A stretch of 52,116 bases of DNA from a virus (taxonomy: Duplodnaviria > Caudoviricetes): IMG/VR virus record IMGVR_UViG_3300027704_000032, positions 1 through 52,116 of that record; one strand, given 5' to 3'. A model generated the notes under the pieces. It ran no database searches and was not told the origin of the DNA. It was given only the letters and a program-made list of their open reading frames with translations. Position numbers and translations under genes: made by a program. Of the stretch, positions 26,715 through 35,794 are shown piece by piece. Position 1 is the stretch's first letter, and every line of letters begins with the position of its first letter.

Positions 26715-26966
26715 ATGTCAAAACCTAAAATGTTTGCTTCAGACTCCGTACTGGAAGAATTTTATTTAGCTCTAGCTGGTAAAGATGAAGCAAGGATGCG
26801 CAGAGTACACATACCGAGATCGGATGTATTTTACGTAAGAGAAAAGATTCACCAAGACACTGGAACCAAATATACATTAGATCACGTTGAGAGAGCTATG
26901 TACTTGGAAGGTATGCTTGAACGTAAAGACGTACTTGACCCTGGACGTAAGAGAGAATACGAATGA
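26715..26966 (+). CDS. Hypothetical protein, first late-arm gene
   Basis: 83 aa with HIP.SDVFYVR and VE.AM..EG motifs. Confidence 0.7.
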   Translation: MSKPKMFASDSVLEEFYLALAGKDEARMRRVHIPRSDVFYVREKIHQDTGTKYTLDHVERAMYLEGMLERKDVLDPGRKREYE

Positions 26967-27295
26967 CTTCCTTCGAAGAAGCTGATAAGAATGGTGATGG
27001 TGCTATTAAGAAGCCTGAATGGGACGAATTACTATTAGATGATAAACGCAGGCGGATAGAAGATGACGATGCCCATAGAGACCAGACTCGTAAAATGGCT
27101 TGGTTCGCTCTATGGGGAATGTTACTTTATCCTTTTGCTGTCGTGGCAACAGATGCGATGGGTCTCAACAACGCTACAACAATTATCGGCAGCATGGCCT
27201 CCGTTTATTTTGTGTCTGTTGCTGGGGTTGTATCTGTCTTTATGGGTGTTGCCAAGCTAGTTAAGAAGCCAGTACAAAAGGTAGATCAACGATGA
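26963..27295 (+). CDS. EF-hand plus two-TM membrane protein (holin/antiholin-like)
   Basis: DKNGDGAIKKPE 12-residue EF loop; two hydrophobic helices; in the lysis cluster. Confidence 0.65.
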   Translation: MTSFEEADKNGDGAIKKPEWDELLLDDKRRRIEDDDAHRDQTRKMAWFALWGMLLYPFAVVATDAMGLNNATTIIGSMASVYFVSVAGVVSVFMGVAKLVKKPVQKVDQR

Positions 27296-27648
27296 TAGGA
27301 CAGATCATAGGTGCAGTAGGTGGACTAGCTTCGTCTTACCTAGATGGTAAGGTAGCTGTACAGAAAGCTAATGCAGAGATTAGAGTCAAGCAAGCTACCG
27401 GTGAGCTTGACTGGGATATAGCTGCAATGAACAGCACTCAGAATAGCTGGAAGGATGAATGGATTACTTTATTATTTAGTATCCCACTTATCCTCGCATT
27501 CTGTGGAGACTGGGGTAATCAGATAGTGCAAGCTGGTTTCACTGCATTAGAGGTTATGCCGACATGGTATCAGTATTCCTTAGGTGGTATTGTAAGTGCT
27601 AGCATCGGTATGAGATCAATATCTAAATTCTTTACAGGGAAAAAGTAA
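27292..27648 (+). CDS. Putative holin (3TM, GTA-holin-like)
   Basis: SWKDEW, multiple TM segments, P.WY and G.R...KF; directly upstream of the endolysin. Confidence 0.6.
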   Translation: MIGQIIGAVGGLASSYLDGKVAVQKANAEIRVKQATGELDWDIAAMNSTQNSWKDEWITLLFSIPLILAFCGDWGNQIVQAGFTALEVMPTWYQYSLGGIVSASIGMRSISKFFTGKK

Positions 27649-28100
27649 TGACATTCAAACTATCCCAACGCAGCTTAGATAAGATGGAAGGCGTAGACGC
27701 TGACCTAGTAGCTGTGACTAAACGTGCCATTGAACTTACAAAGATAGACTTTGGAGTTATCTACGGCATGCGTACCATACAAGAGCAGGAGAAGCTGGTA
27801 GCTGCAGGTAAGTCTCAGACTATGAAGTCTAAGCACCTAGTAGGCAGAGCAGTGGACCTGATGGCTTATGTGGATGGTAAGGGTTGCTGGGAACTAAACG
27901 TCTATGATGACTTGTGTGATGCAATGAAAGAAGCTGCTAAGGAACTTAGCGTAGCTATTAAGTGGGGTGCAGCTTGGTCTGAAGGTGATATCCGCACCTA
28001 TCCCGGTACAGCTGAAGATGCAATGATGGCATACGTAGACCTACGTAGAAGCCAAGGGCGTAGACCCTTCATCGACGGACCGCACTTCGAACTAATGTAG
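27648..28100 (+). CDS. Endolysin, M15 L-Ala-D-Glu peptidase-type
   Basis: G.RT..EQ, SKHL.GRAVDL, WG..W and DGPHFEL motifs. Confidence 0.9.
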   Translation: MTFKLSQRSLDKMEGVDADLVAVTKRAIELTKIDFGVIYGMRTIQEQEKLVAAGKSQTMKSKHLVGRAVDLMAYVDGKGCWELNVYDDLCDAMKEAAKELSVAIKWGAAWSEGDIRTYPGTAEDAMMAYVDLRRSQGRRPFIDGPHFELM

Positions 28101-28104
28101 TACA

Positions 28105-28578
28105 ATGATTGATCCTATAACTGCTGTAGGTTTAGCAACCAGTGCATTTAATATCTTAAAACAAGGTATCAATGCAGGTAAAGATATACAAGAAATGAGT
28201 GGTGCATTAGCTAAGTGGGGTTCTGCCTTTAGCGATTTTAGTTACGCAGAGGACAAAGCTAAGAACCCACCCTTCTATAAGATGATGAGTGATAACTCTG
28301 CTAATGCTATTGAGATCTTTGCACAGAAGAAGAAAATGCAGCAGATGCGAAAAGAGATTAAGGATCACATCTCTTGGACATACGGTCCCTCTGCTTGGGA
28401 TGAAGTACTAACAATTGAAGCTGAGATGAGACGCATACGTAAGGAAGAAGCTTACAAGAAACAAGAGTTCATAGACAATGCTATTAATGGTATCCTTGGA
28501 ACTGTAATCTTTCTTATAGCTGCACTAGGAGTAGGTACTGCAATGTACTACCTAGGTAAACATCAGGGAAAATGGTAA
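28105..28578 (+). CDS. Coiled-coil protein with C-terminal TM
   Basis: 157 aa starting MIDP.TA; hydrophobic C-terminal helix. Confidence 0.65.
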   Translation: MIDPITAVGLATSAFNILKQGINAGKDIQEMSGALAKWGSAFSDFSYAEDKAKNPPFYKMMSDNSANAIEIFAQKKKMQQMRKEIKDHISWTYGPSAWDEVLTIEAEMRRIRKEEAYKKQEFIDNAINGILGTVIFLIAALGVGTAMYYLGKHQGKW

Positions 28579-28856
28579 TGGCTATTGAGTATAGGGGTGA
28601 AAAGTTTGAAGGTTATAACAAACCCAAACGGACTCCCAAGCACCCAACTAAATCTCACGCCGTACTTGCCAAAGAAGGTGAAACCATTAAGCTCATCCGC
28701 TTCGGTGAACAGGGAGCATCCACAGCAGGTAAACCTAAAGAGGGTGAATCTGACCGCATGAAGGCTAAGCGTAAAAGCTTTAAGGCTAGACACGGTAAGA
28801 ATATTAAAAAGGGTAAGCTAAGTGCGGCTTACTGGGCTGATAAGGTTAAGTGGTAG
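28578..28856 (+). CDS. Basic phage protein (..IRFG.QG...SF.ARH...SAAYW...W type)
   Basis: Lys-rich ORF; motif set recognised from many phages; start at MAIEY via TAATG coupling. Confidence 0.7.
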   Translation: MAIEYRGEKFEGYNKPKRTPKHPTKSHAVLAKEGETIKLIRFGEQGASTAGKPKEGESDRMKAKRKSFKARHGKNIKKGKLSAAYWADKVKW

Positions 28857-28859
28857 TGT

Positions 28860-29063
28860 ATGGGATATCTTGGTGTAATACTAGTTTGTATGAGTGCTCT
28901 GGCTGAGCATTGTGATGTGGTTACTAGCCCCTACATATTCATTACGGTAGAAGAGTGCCAAGCAGATGTTCTAAATGAATCACTAAAGATTAGAAATAAG
29001 TTCAGTTCTGCGACTATAAATCCTAACTGTGTTGAGTTAAAATATAATGGGGAACCTACTTAA
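28860..29063 (+). CDS. Small protein with hydrophobic N-terminus and four Cys
   Basis: 67 aa, signal-peptide-like start. Confidence 0.55.
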   Translation: MGYLGVILVCMSALAEHCDVVTSPYIFITVEECQADVLNESLKIRNKFSSATINPNCVELKYNGEPT

Positions 29064-29239
29064 TGGTTAAGAAATCTACTGTAAACGCAGCTAATAACTA
29101 TACCAAACCTGGTATGCGTAAGAAGGTTGTAGCCTCTGTAAAGGCTGGATCTTCAGGTGGTAAACCTGGACAGTGGTCTGCACGTAAAGCTCAAATGGTA
29201 GCTAAACAATATAAAGCAAAAGGTGGTGGATACAAATGA
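29063..29239 (+). CDS. DUF5872-like protein, N-terminal half (58 aa, not in ORF track)
   Basis: YTKP.MR...GG.PGQWSARKAQM.A.QYK.KGGGYK signature; TAATG coupling. Confidence 0.75.
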   Translation: MVKKSTVNAANNYTKPGMRKKVVASVKAGSSGGKPGQWSARKAQMVAKQYKAKGGGYK

Positions 29240-29310
29240 TACGGTATTTAAAAAGATTATTATGTGCTTTGTTTAATCGCAAGTGTAGTCCGAAATGTGA
29301 CTGCTGTTAA
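29236..29310 (+). CDS. 24-aa Cys-rich sORF MIRYLKRLLCALFNRKCSPKCDCC
   Basis: ATGA overlap with the upstream stop; ends just before the next RBS. Confidence 0.45.
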   Translation: MIRYLKRLLCALFNRKCSPKCDCC

Positions 29311-29324
29311 AAAGGATTACAGAC

Positions 29325-29516
29325 ATGAAGGGTGTAAAGCACTATAAAAAAGATGGTACTGAACATAAAGGCAGTACTCATAAAATGAAAGACGGGTCTT
29401 TACACAGTGGTAAGACACACACTAAAACAAGTGTAAAATTATTTCACTACAAAGACCTAAGTAAAATAGCAAAGGCTAAAGCAGATGGCGCTAGCAAAAA
29501 GTCAAAAAAGTCTTAA
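29325..29516 (+). CDS. Small His/Lys-rich protein (HKMxDG motif)
   Basis: 63 aa, AAGGA RBS. Confidence 0.65.
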   Translation: MKGVKHYKKDGTEHKGSTHKMKDGSLHSGKTHTKTSVKLFHYKDLSKIAKAKADGASKKSKKS

Positions 29517-29922
29517 GTCTTGGGGTAAAGAAGACTGGGGTACTAAGAGTGGTAAGCCTAGCGGTAAGACCGGCGAGAGATACCTACCTAAGAAGGCTAG
29601 GGAGTCCTTGTCGTCAGCTGAGTATGCATCTACGACTAAAGCTAAGCGCAAGGGTACAGCTGCAGGTAAGCAGTTTGTTAAACAACCAAAAGAAATCGCA
29701 AAGAAAACTTCAAAATTTAGAGCAGCAGAAGGTGGACTTACTATGAAAAAAGGTATGCATAAGATGCCTGATGGCAGCATGATGAAAAACTCGGATATGA
29801 AATCAGGGTACATGTACGGTGGCATGACTAAGAAGCCTATGAGATCTGGTTATGGACATGGTGGAATGGTTAAAGCTAATTGTGGTGCGTCCATGAAGGC
29901 AACCCAAGGTAAAAATAAATGA
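29485..29922 (+). CDS. Basic protein: DUF5872-like C-terminal half plus Met/Gly-rich tail
   Basis: QKSL..W..EDW.TKSG, RYLP..A...LS..EY..T..AKR, GKQFV; tail carries HKMPDG and Y.xGGM motifs. Confidence 0.7.
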   Translation: MALAKSQKSLKSWGKEDWGTKSGKPSGKTGERYLPKKARESLSSAEYASTTKAKRKGTAAGKQFVKQPKEIAKKTSKFRAAEGGLTMKKGMHKMPDGSMMKNSDMKSGYMYGGMTKKPMRSGYGHGGMVKANCGASMKATQGKNK

Positions 29923-30224
29923 ACTTCCTAGATTACAAAACTAAACTAGAAGAGCATGGCTACACTGTCACCACAGATAATGTGACAACTCGTATGGGTG
30001 ATGTACTTGCTGCATTTGATCCCTATGGTTCTCACTGGTGTGTAGACTCTAAAGTATCTGAGATTCTTTCTGAGGATCTTACTGTCGAAGAAGTTGTTGT
30101 AGAAAAAGTACGTGCTCGTACTGATAGAGGTTACTACGTTAAGGATGACCCATCTACACCTGAAAATGAGGCCTGGACTACTAAAGCAGTTAAGAAAATT
30201 AAAAAATCCAAAGGAAAGAAATAA
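29919..30224 (+). CDS. Hypothetical protein (RAR...G.Y..DDPSTP.NEAW motif)
   Basis: 101-aa ORF coupled to its neighbours. Confidence 0.65.
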   Translation: MNFLDYKTKLEEHGYTVTTDNVTTRMGDVLAAFDPYGSHWCVDSKVSEILSEDLTVEEVVVEKVRARTDRGYYVKDDPSTPENEAWTTKAVKKIKKSKGKK

Positions 30225-30844
30225 TGGCTGAAAAAAAATTAGAGGGTAAGCCTCGTACTGTGGGTGCTGCAAAAAAAGCAGGATCTAAATTCTTTTATGA
30301 TAAGAATGGTAATAAGAAACTTGCTGTGACTGCAGAAGAACTTAAGAAATCTGGAAAGACTCTTACACAGTGGGCTAATGACTGGAAAAAACCTGGGTCT
30401 AGTACAGCTGTAAGCAAATCCCTCCGTCCCAAAAAGAGACCACCTAGTGATGTAGAAGGCTATACACCAGAGCCAGTCACCGTAAAAGAATTAGATGATC
30501 CTTCGACTGCAAGCGGTCGTGGGAATGGAAAAGCTGAAGTTAAAAAGCGTAGATCAAAAAATAATACAACAACTACTGCTTCAAGTAATAGAGGTAAAAG
30601 TTTTGGTACAAGAGTAAGAAAGAGAAAACCAGGTGGCCCTGATCCACTAGGCCTAACTGGCAAAAAAACTTATGTAAGTGCCCTTGAAAAAAGTAAATTA
30701 ACAAAACTTAAAAGTTATACCTTTAAAGAATGGGATGCAATGAGTAAAGACGAACGTAAAAAACTACGTCTTCCAATGACTGCCTACCCAGGAAGTAAAA
30801 AAATGAAGGTTGTTCAAAGACCTTTAAATATACGCCAGCCGTAG
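30224..30844 (+). CDS. Highly basic, low-complexity protein
   Basis: 206 aa, Lys-rich, contains SLRPKKRP. Confidence 0.65.
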   Translation: MAEKKLEGKPRTVGAAKKAGSKFFYDKNGNKKLAVTAEELKKSGKTLTQWANDWKKPGSSTAVSKSLRPKKRPPSDVEGYTPEPVTVKELDDPSTASGRGNGKAEVKKRRSKNNTTTTASSNRGKSFGTRVRKRKPGGPDPLGLTGKKTYVSALEKSKLTKLKSYTFKEWDAMSKDERKKLRLPMTAYPGSKKMKVVQRPLNIRQP

Positions 30845-30855
30845 AAAGATAGATA

Positions 30856-31215
30856 ATGACGCAATTTACCCAAGGTAGACCATCTCGTATGAGATCAGTG
30901 TACGGCCACAATGAAGGCACTACAACTGAAGATGTGTATACTTGTCCACCTAACTGTGTAGCAGAGGTTACTTTTATTCATGTTGTGAATGGGGGTAATA
31001 GCACTAGAACTGTTGTGCTAGCTTGGTATGTTGCTGCTGATGATTACACTTCTCTCTTCTTATCTGATAAGAGTCTTGCTTCAAATGCACATGTAACCTT
31101 CAGTGATATTGACCTTGTACTACAAGCTGGAGACAAAATAAAAGTTACACCATCTGGAACAGGTCACATCGACACTATCATAACTGCTACAGAAACCTTT
31201 ATCCCAGTAGGGTAA
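30856..31215 (+). CDS. Small beta-rich protein, probable virion component
   Basis: VYTCP.N and LVLQAGDKI motifs typical of small phage structural proteins. Confidence 0.6.
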   Translation: MTQFTQGRPSRMRSVYGHNEGTTTEDVYTCPPNCVAEVTFIHVVNGGNSTRTVVLAWYVAADDYTSLFLSDKSLASNAHVTFSDIDLVLQAGDKIKVTPSGTGHIDTIITATETFIPVG

Positions 31216-31223
31216 TAACGGGG

Positions 31224-31253
31224 TTGCATTATTAGCATTGGTATGTTATAACT
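31224..31253 (+). promoter_or_regulatory. Promoter upstream of DUF1127/terminase genes
   Basis: TTGCAT-N17-TATAACT. Confidence 0.55.
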
Positions 31254-31309
31254 GTTTATGTAAAACTATCCTAGCCCAAGTAAGGGTTTACTTAAATTAG
31301 GATAGAGCA

Positions 31310-31483
31310 ATGATCAGAATTATTAAAGGTTTCGCTAACCGTGTATGGAACCGTCATATCGAACGTATGCAACAAAGAGCAGACTACTGGATACTAAACA
31401 ATATGTCAGCAAAACAATTGCGTGATATAGGTATTACACGTACTGAAATAAGGCAGAAAATATATGGGCCGCAACCTCACTGA
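31310..31483 (+). CDS. DUF1127 (YjiS-like) small protein (57 aa, not in ORF track)
   Basis: L.NMSAKQLRDIGITRTEI matches the DUF1127 core LxxLSDxxLxDIGxxRxEI; Arg-rich N-terminus; AGGA RBS. Confidence 0.75.
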   Translation: MIRIIKGFANRVWNRHIERMQQRADYWILNNMSAKQLRDIGITRTEIRQKIYGPQPH

Positions 31484-31829
31484 AAAACAACAGGCATTCT
31501 TGGATGCATTGTTTGAAGAAGCCGAAGGCAACCCTGTTAAAGCTCTTAAGCTTGCAGGGTATGCCGAAGGCACGTCTTCTACTACTCTCATGTCCGCTTT
31601 AAAAGAAGAAGTAGCTGAGAAAACTAAAGACTTCATCGCAACTCGTGGACCAGCAGCAGCTTGGGCTATGATGCAGGTAATGAGATCACCCACCGACTTG
31701 GGCAACAAAGAGAAGATGGCAGCTGCAAAAGACTTTATGGATCGTGCTGGTTTTGTTAAGACTGACAAGATTGAAGTAAGATCAGAAAGTCCTTTGTTTA
31801 TACTGCCTCCGAAAGAAAATGAAAACTAA
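31464..31829 (+). CDS. Putative terminase small subunit
   Basis: LTEKQ..F...G....A...AGY N-terminal HTH; AA...DRAG; upstream of terL. Confidence 0.65.
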   Translation: MGRNLTEKQQAFLDALFEEAEGNPVKALKLAGYAEGTSSTTLMSALKEEVAEKTKDFIATRGPAAAWAMMQVMRSPTDLGNKEKMAAAKDFMDRAGFVKTDKIEVRSESPLFILPPKENEN

Positions 31830-32250
31830 AACTTGGAAATTACCTAAACCTGAAGAGGTTGGGGGTGAATGGGAATGGGTACCTTTAGTAAGAGTAGGAA
31901 GATTTCTTCCATTTGGCTATAGACAAGACCCTAGTGATGCTGATATACTATTACCAGTCCCAGAAGAACTAGAGCTTTTTGAACAAGCTAAGAAACACTT
32001 AAGTCAGTACAGTTACCGTGAGGTATCTGCGTGGTTAAGTGAAACTTCTGGTAGGTATATCTCCCATGTAGGTTTGTTTAAGAGGGTTAAGATTGAGCAA
32101 AAACGTAAGGCAGCAACTTCAATCCAACGCTTCTACGCCGAAAAATATAAAGAAGCAGCTGAAAAAGCCGAAAAGCTTGAAAGCAACCGCCTTGGCAAAA
32201 GACAGCCAGTCGGAAAAAGTTCCAGCGCAGGTAAAGCCAGCACCGATTGA
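31819..32250 (+). CDS. Hypothetical protein (PFGY and HTH-like YS.REV..WL)
   Basis: 143-aa ORF between terS-like gene and terL. Confidence 0.6.
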   Translation: MKTKTWKLPKPEEVGGEWEWVPLVRVGRFLPFGYRQDPSDADILLPVPEELELFEQAKKHLSQYSYREVSAWLSETSGRYISHVGLFKRVKIEQKRKAATSIQRFYAEKYKEAAEKAEKLESNRLGKRQPVGKSSSAGKASTD

Positions 32251-33655
32251 TGTAGAAAAGGCTCAACGGGAGATTCTCTTTGAGCCTAACCCAGGCCCAC
32301 AGACAGACTTCCTTGCCTCTACTGAGCAAGAGGTACTCTATGGTGGATCAGCCGGGGGCGGTAAGTCCTACGCAATGGTAGCTGATCCAGTCCGCTACTT
32401 GAATAACCCTAACGCCCAGATGCTTTTAGTTCGTCGTAGTACAGAGGAACTGAGGGAGCTTATTTCAGTATCTAAACAACTATACCCACGTGCTATCCCC
32501 GGTATTAAGTTTATGGAAAGAGATAAGACTTGGGTAGCTCCTAGTGGTGCTACTCTCTGGATGTCTTATCTTGATCGTGACGATGATGTCATGAGATATC
32601 AAGGACAGGCCTTTAATTGGATTGGCTTTGATGAGCTTACCCAGTGGGCCTCACCTTACCCTTGGAACTATATGAGGTCACGCTTACGTTCTACCTCAAC
32701 CAGTGGACTACCCCTCTATATGAGAGCTACTACTAACCCTGGAGGTCCAGGTCACCAGTGGGTTAAGAAGACTTTTATTGACCCCGGTACACCTAGGAAA
32801 CCTTTCTGGGCTACTGATACTGAAACTGGTGAGACTATTGCTTGGCCTAAAGGTCACTCAAGAGAAGGCCAACCTTTATTTAAAAGAAGATTTATTCCTG
32901 CTACTTTGTTTGACAACCCCTATCTTGCAGATGATGGTATGTATGAAGCTAACCTTTTGTCCCTTCCAGAGCATCAACGAAGACAGTTGCTTGAAGGAGA
33001 TTGGGATGTTAATGAAGGTGCAGCTTTCCCAGAGTTTAATAGAAACATACATGTCATTGAACCCTTCGAGATACCAAACAGTTGGACAAGATTTAGAGCC
33101 GCAGATTACGGATACGGATCTTACAGTGGCATAGTCTGGATTGCAGTTGCACCTGATGAACAACTGATTGTCTATCGTGAGATGTATGTACAGAAAGTTT
33201 TAGCCACAGATCTAGCTGATATGATACTGGAAGTAGAGTCTGAAGAAAAGATACGTTACGGTGTACTCGACAGTTCTTTGTGGCACAAACGTGGTGACAC
33301 TGGACCCTCTCTAGCAGAGCAAATGATTGTTAAAGGATGCCGATGGAGACCTGCAGATAGATCTAAAGGTTCTCGTGTATCAGGTAAAAATGAAATACAT
33401 AGGCGACTACAAGTCGATGACTTCACAGAAGAACCTAGGTTAGTTATCTTTAATAACTGTAGGAATTTAATTTCACAACTCCCATCTATACCATTAGATA
33501 AAAACAACCCTGAAGATGTAGACACTCACGCAGAAGATCACCTCTATGACGCACTACGTTACGGTGTAATGACACGACCAAGAAGTAGTTTATTTGATTA
33601 TAACCCAGCTTCAAACACAGGGTTCCAAGCAAGTGATCCTAATTTCGGTTACTAA
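32093..33655 (+). CDS. terL: Terminase large subunit (true start may be TTG 32192 or later)
   Basis: YGGSAGGGKS Walker A, FDELTQ Walker B, ATTNPGG motif III, RNase H-like DYG and DH.YDALRY. Confidence 0.95.
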   Translation: MSKNVRQQLQSNASTPKNIKKQLKKPKSLKATALAKDSQSEKVPAQVKPAPIDVEKAQREILFEPNPGPQTDFLASTEQEVLYGGSAGGGKSYAMVADPVRYLNNPNAQMLLVRRSTEELRELISVSKQLYPRAIPGIKFMERDKTWVAPSGATLWMSYLDRDDDVMRYQGQAFNWIGFDELTQWASPYPWNYMRSRLRSTSTSGLPLYMRATTNPGGPGHQWVKKTFIDPGTPRKPFWATDTETGETIAWPKGHSREGQPLFKRRFIPATLFDNPYLADDGMYEANLLSLPEHQRRQLLEGDWDVNEGAAFPEFNRNIHVIEPFEIPNSWTRFRAADYGYGSYSGIVWIAVAPDEQLIVYREMYVQKVLATDLADMILEVESEEKIRYGVLDSSLWHKRGDTGPSLAEQMIVKGCRWRPADRSKGSRVSGKNEIHRRLQVDDFTEEPRLVIFNNCRNLISQLPSIPLDKNNPEDVDTHAEDHLYDALRYGVMTRPRSSLFDYNPASNTGFQASDPNFGY

Positions 33656-33664
33656 GGAAAAATC

Positions 33665-35794
33665 ATGGCAGAAGAAGACAACAACTTTACCAGCGACGAA
33701 ATGTATATGGATGACATAGAGTCTTCTCATATTGAAGACCGTGGTGATCCAGAGGATTACAATGACCCGACTGTTGGTAACATTGTAGGATTCGTTGAAC
33801 AGAAGTTCTCTAAAGCTGACACTGCACGTCACTCTGATGAGCAACGCTGGATTAAAGCATACAGAAACTATCGTGGTATCTATGGGCCAGATGTTCAGTT
33901 TACTAGTACTGAAAAGTCTAATATCTTTGTTAAGGTTACAAAGACTAAAGTACTTGCAGCTTATGGACAGATCACTGACGTACTGTTTGGCGGCAATAAG
34001 TTTCCTATCACTATTGACCCCACAACACTTCCAGAAGGTGTGTCTGAGTCTGTTCACTTTGATAGCAACCCACAGGTTGATCAGATGAGTAAGCAAGCTG
34101 GTGATGATGAGCTTCAGAAACTCATGCCCGGTGAAACCCTTGTAGACTTTAAAGAAAGAGTCGGAGGTATGCAGGGTAAGCTTTCTCCTGTAGAAGATAA
34201 ACTCAAAGAAGGTCCAGGTACTACACCTACAGCCATTACCTCTCACCCTGCAATGGTTGCAGCTAAGAAGATGGAAAAGAAAATACATGACCAGCTAGAA
34301 GAGTCCAACGCCAATAAGCAACTACGTACAGCTGCTTTTGAATGCGCACTCTTTGGTACTGGTATTATGAAAGGTCCATTTGCTCTTGATAAAGAGTATC
34401 CAAACTGGGATGAAAACGGTGACTACAATCCAACCATTAAAACTGTGCCACAAACCTCTAGTGTTTCTATCTGGAACTTGTACCCTGACCCTGATGCTTC
34501 TAATATGGAAGAAGCTTCCTATATAATTGAACGTCATAAGATGTCTCGCAGCCAGCTACGTGCTTTGAAGCGTAGACCTTTCTTCCGTGAGAATGCTGTA
34601 GATGCTGCTATTGACATGGGTGAGTCCTACACTAAAGAGTGGTGGGAACAAGTCATGGAAGATGCAGGTCAGGAAACTAAATCAGAACGGTATCAAGTAC
34701 TAGAGTTCTGGGGATATGTAGATACTTCTATGTTAGAAGATCATGACATTGATATTCCTAAAGAGTTAAAAGATGCAGAAGAAGTAAGCGTTAATATCTG
34801 GATCTGTAATGGACAAGTACTCCGTCTTGTAATGAATCCGTTTACTCCTTCATACTTACCTTACTATGCAGTACCCTTCGAGGTCAATCCTTACAGCTTC
34901 TTTGGTGTAGGTATTGCTGAGAACATGGACGACACACAGACCCTGATGAACGGCTTCATGCGTATGAGTGTAGACAATGCTGCACTGTCAGGTAACTTGC
35001 TCATTGAGATTGATGAGACTAACTTAGTACCGGGACAGGATCTATCTGTGTACCCCGGCAAAGTCTTTAGGCGTCAAGGGGGTGCTCCTGGTCAGAGTAT
35101 CTTCGGAACTAAGTTCCCCAACGTATCTAATGAGAACATGCAGATGTTTGACAAAGCACGTCAACTCTCTGATGAGTCTACAGGCTTAGCATCATTCTCC
35201 CACGGACAGACAGGTGTATCTGGAGTAGGTAGAACTGCATCAGGTATCTCAATGCTTATGTCAGCTGCTAATGGTAGCATCAGGACTGTAGTTAAAAACG
35301 TAGATGATTATCTACTAGGTCCACTGGGTAAAGCTTTCTTTAGCTTTAATATGCAGTTTGACTTCGACCCAGAGATCAAAGGTGACTTGGAAGTTAAAGC
35401 ACAAGGTACTGAAAGCCTGATGGCTAACGAAGTACGTAGTCAAAGACTTATGCAGTTTCTTGGTGTCGTTAGTAACCCAGCCCTTGCACCTTTTGCAAAA
35501 ATGGATTATATTGTTCGTGAGATTGCAAAAAGCATGGACCTTGATCCTGACAAAGTTGCAAACTCTCTGGGTGATGCTGCTGTACAAGCAGAGATCCTCA
35601 AGAAATTCCAAGAAGCTAATCCACCACCAGCACCACCTCCAGGTGCACCTGCACCTCAGGGAGGCCCACAGGGTGCTCCAGCAGGGGTACAAGTACAAGA
35701 CACCACTGGAAGTGGTGGAGGTCAGATAGGTACAGGTACAGCCCCAACTCCAGGTGAGCAAGGTTTCTCAGCTAATACAGGTCCAGTTCAATAA
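33665..35794 (+). CDS. Portal protein
   Basis: 709 aa after terL; FGTGIMK, G.GIAE...Q..MN, RTASG..ML and a Pro/Gly tail. Confidence 0.88.
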   Translation: MAEEDNNFTSDEMYMDDIESSHIEDRGDPEDYNDPTVGNIVGFVEQKFSKADTARHSDEQRWIKAYRNYRGIYGPDVQFTSTEKSNIFVKVTKTKVLAAYGQITDVLFGGNKFPITIDPTTLPEGVSESVHFDSNPQVDQMSKQAGDDELQKLMPGETLVDFKERVGGMQGKLSPVEDKLKEGPGTTPTAITSHPAMVAAKKMEKKIHDQLEESNANKQLRTAAFECALFGTGIMKGPFALDKEYPNWDENGDYNPTIKTVPQTSSVSIWNLYPDPDASNMEEASYIIERHKMSRSQLRALKRRPFFRENAVDAAIDMGESYTKEWWEQVMEDAGQETKSERYQVLEFWGYVDTSMLEDHDIDIPKELKDAEEVSVNIWICNGQVLRLVMNPFTPSYLPYYAVPFEVNPYSFFGVGIAENMDDTQTLMNGFMRMSVDNAALSGNLLIEIDETNLVPGQDLSVYPGKVFRRQGGAPGQSIFGTKFPNVSNENMQMFDKARQLSDESTGLASFSHGQTGVSGVGRTASGISMLMSAANGSIRTVVKNVDDYLLGPLGKAFFSFNMQFDFDPEIKGDLEVKAQGTESLMANEVRSQRLMQFLGVVSNPALAPFAKMDYIVREIAKSMDLDPDKVANSLGDAAVQAEILKKFQEANPPPAPPPGAPAPQGGPQGAPAGVQVQDTTGSGGGQIGTGTAPTPGEQGFSANTGPVQ

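Noticed and set aside
32093-32250. Programmed frameshift between ORF 31819 and terL
   Set aside because: The overlap is explained by a later terL start (e.g. TTG 32192); no convincing slippery site with a stimulatory structure identified.
33611-34288. 225-aa antisense ORF and the many other antisense ORFs (e.g. 38677-39240, 46102-46566, 47863-48351)
   Set aside because: Shadows of long sense genes with biased codon use; no RBS or motifs.
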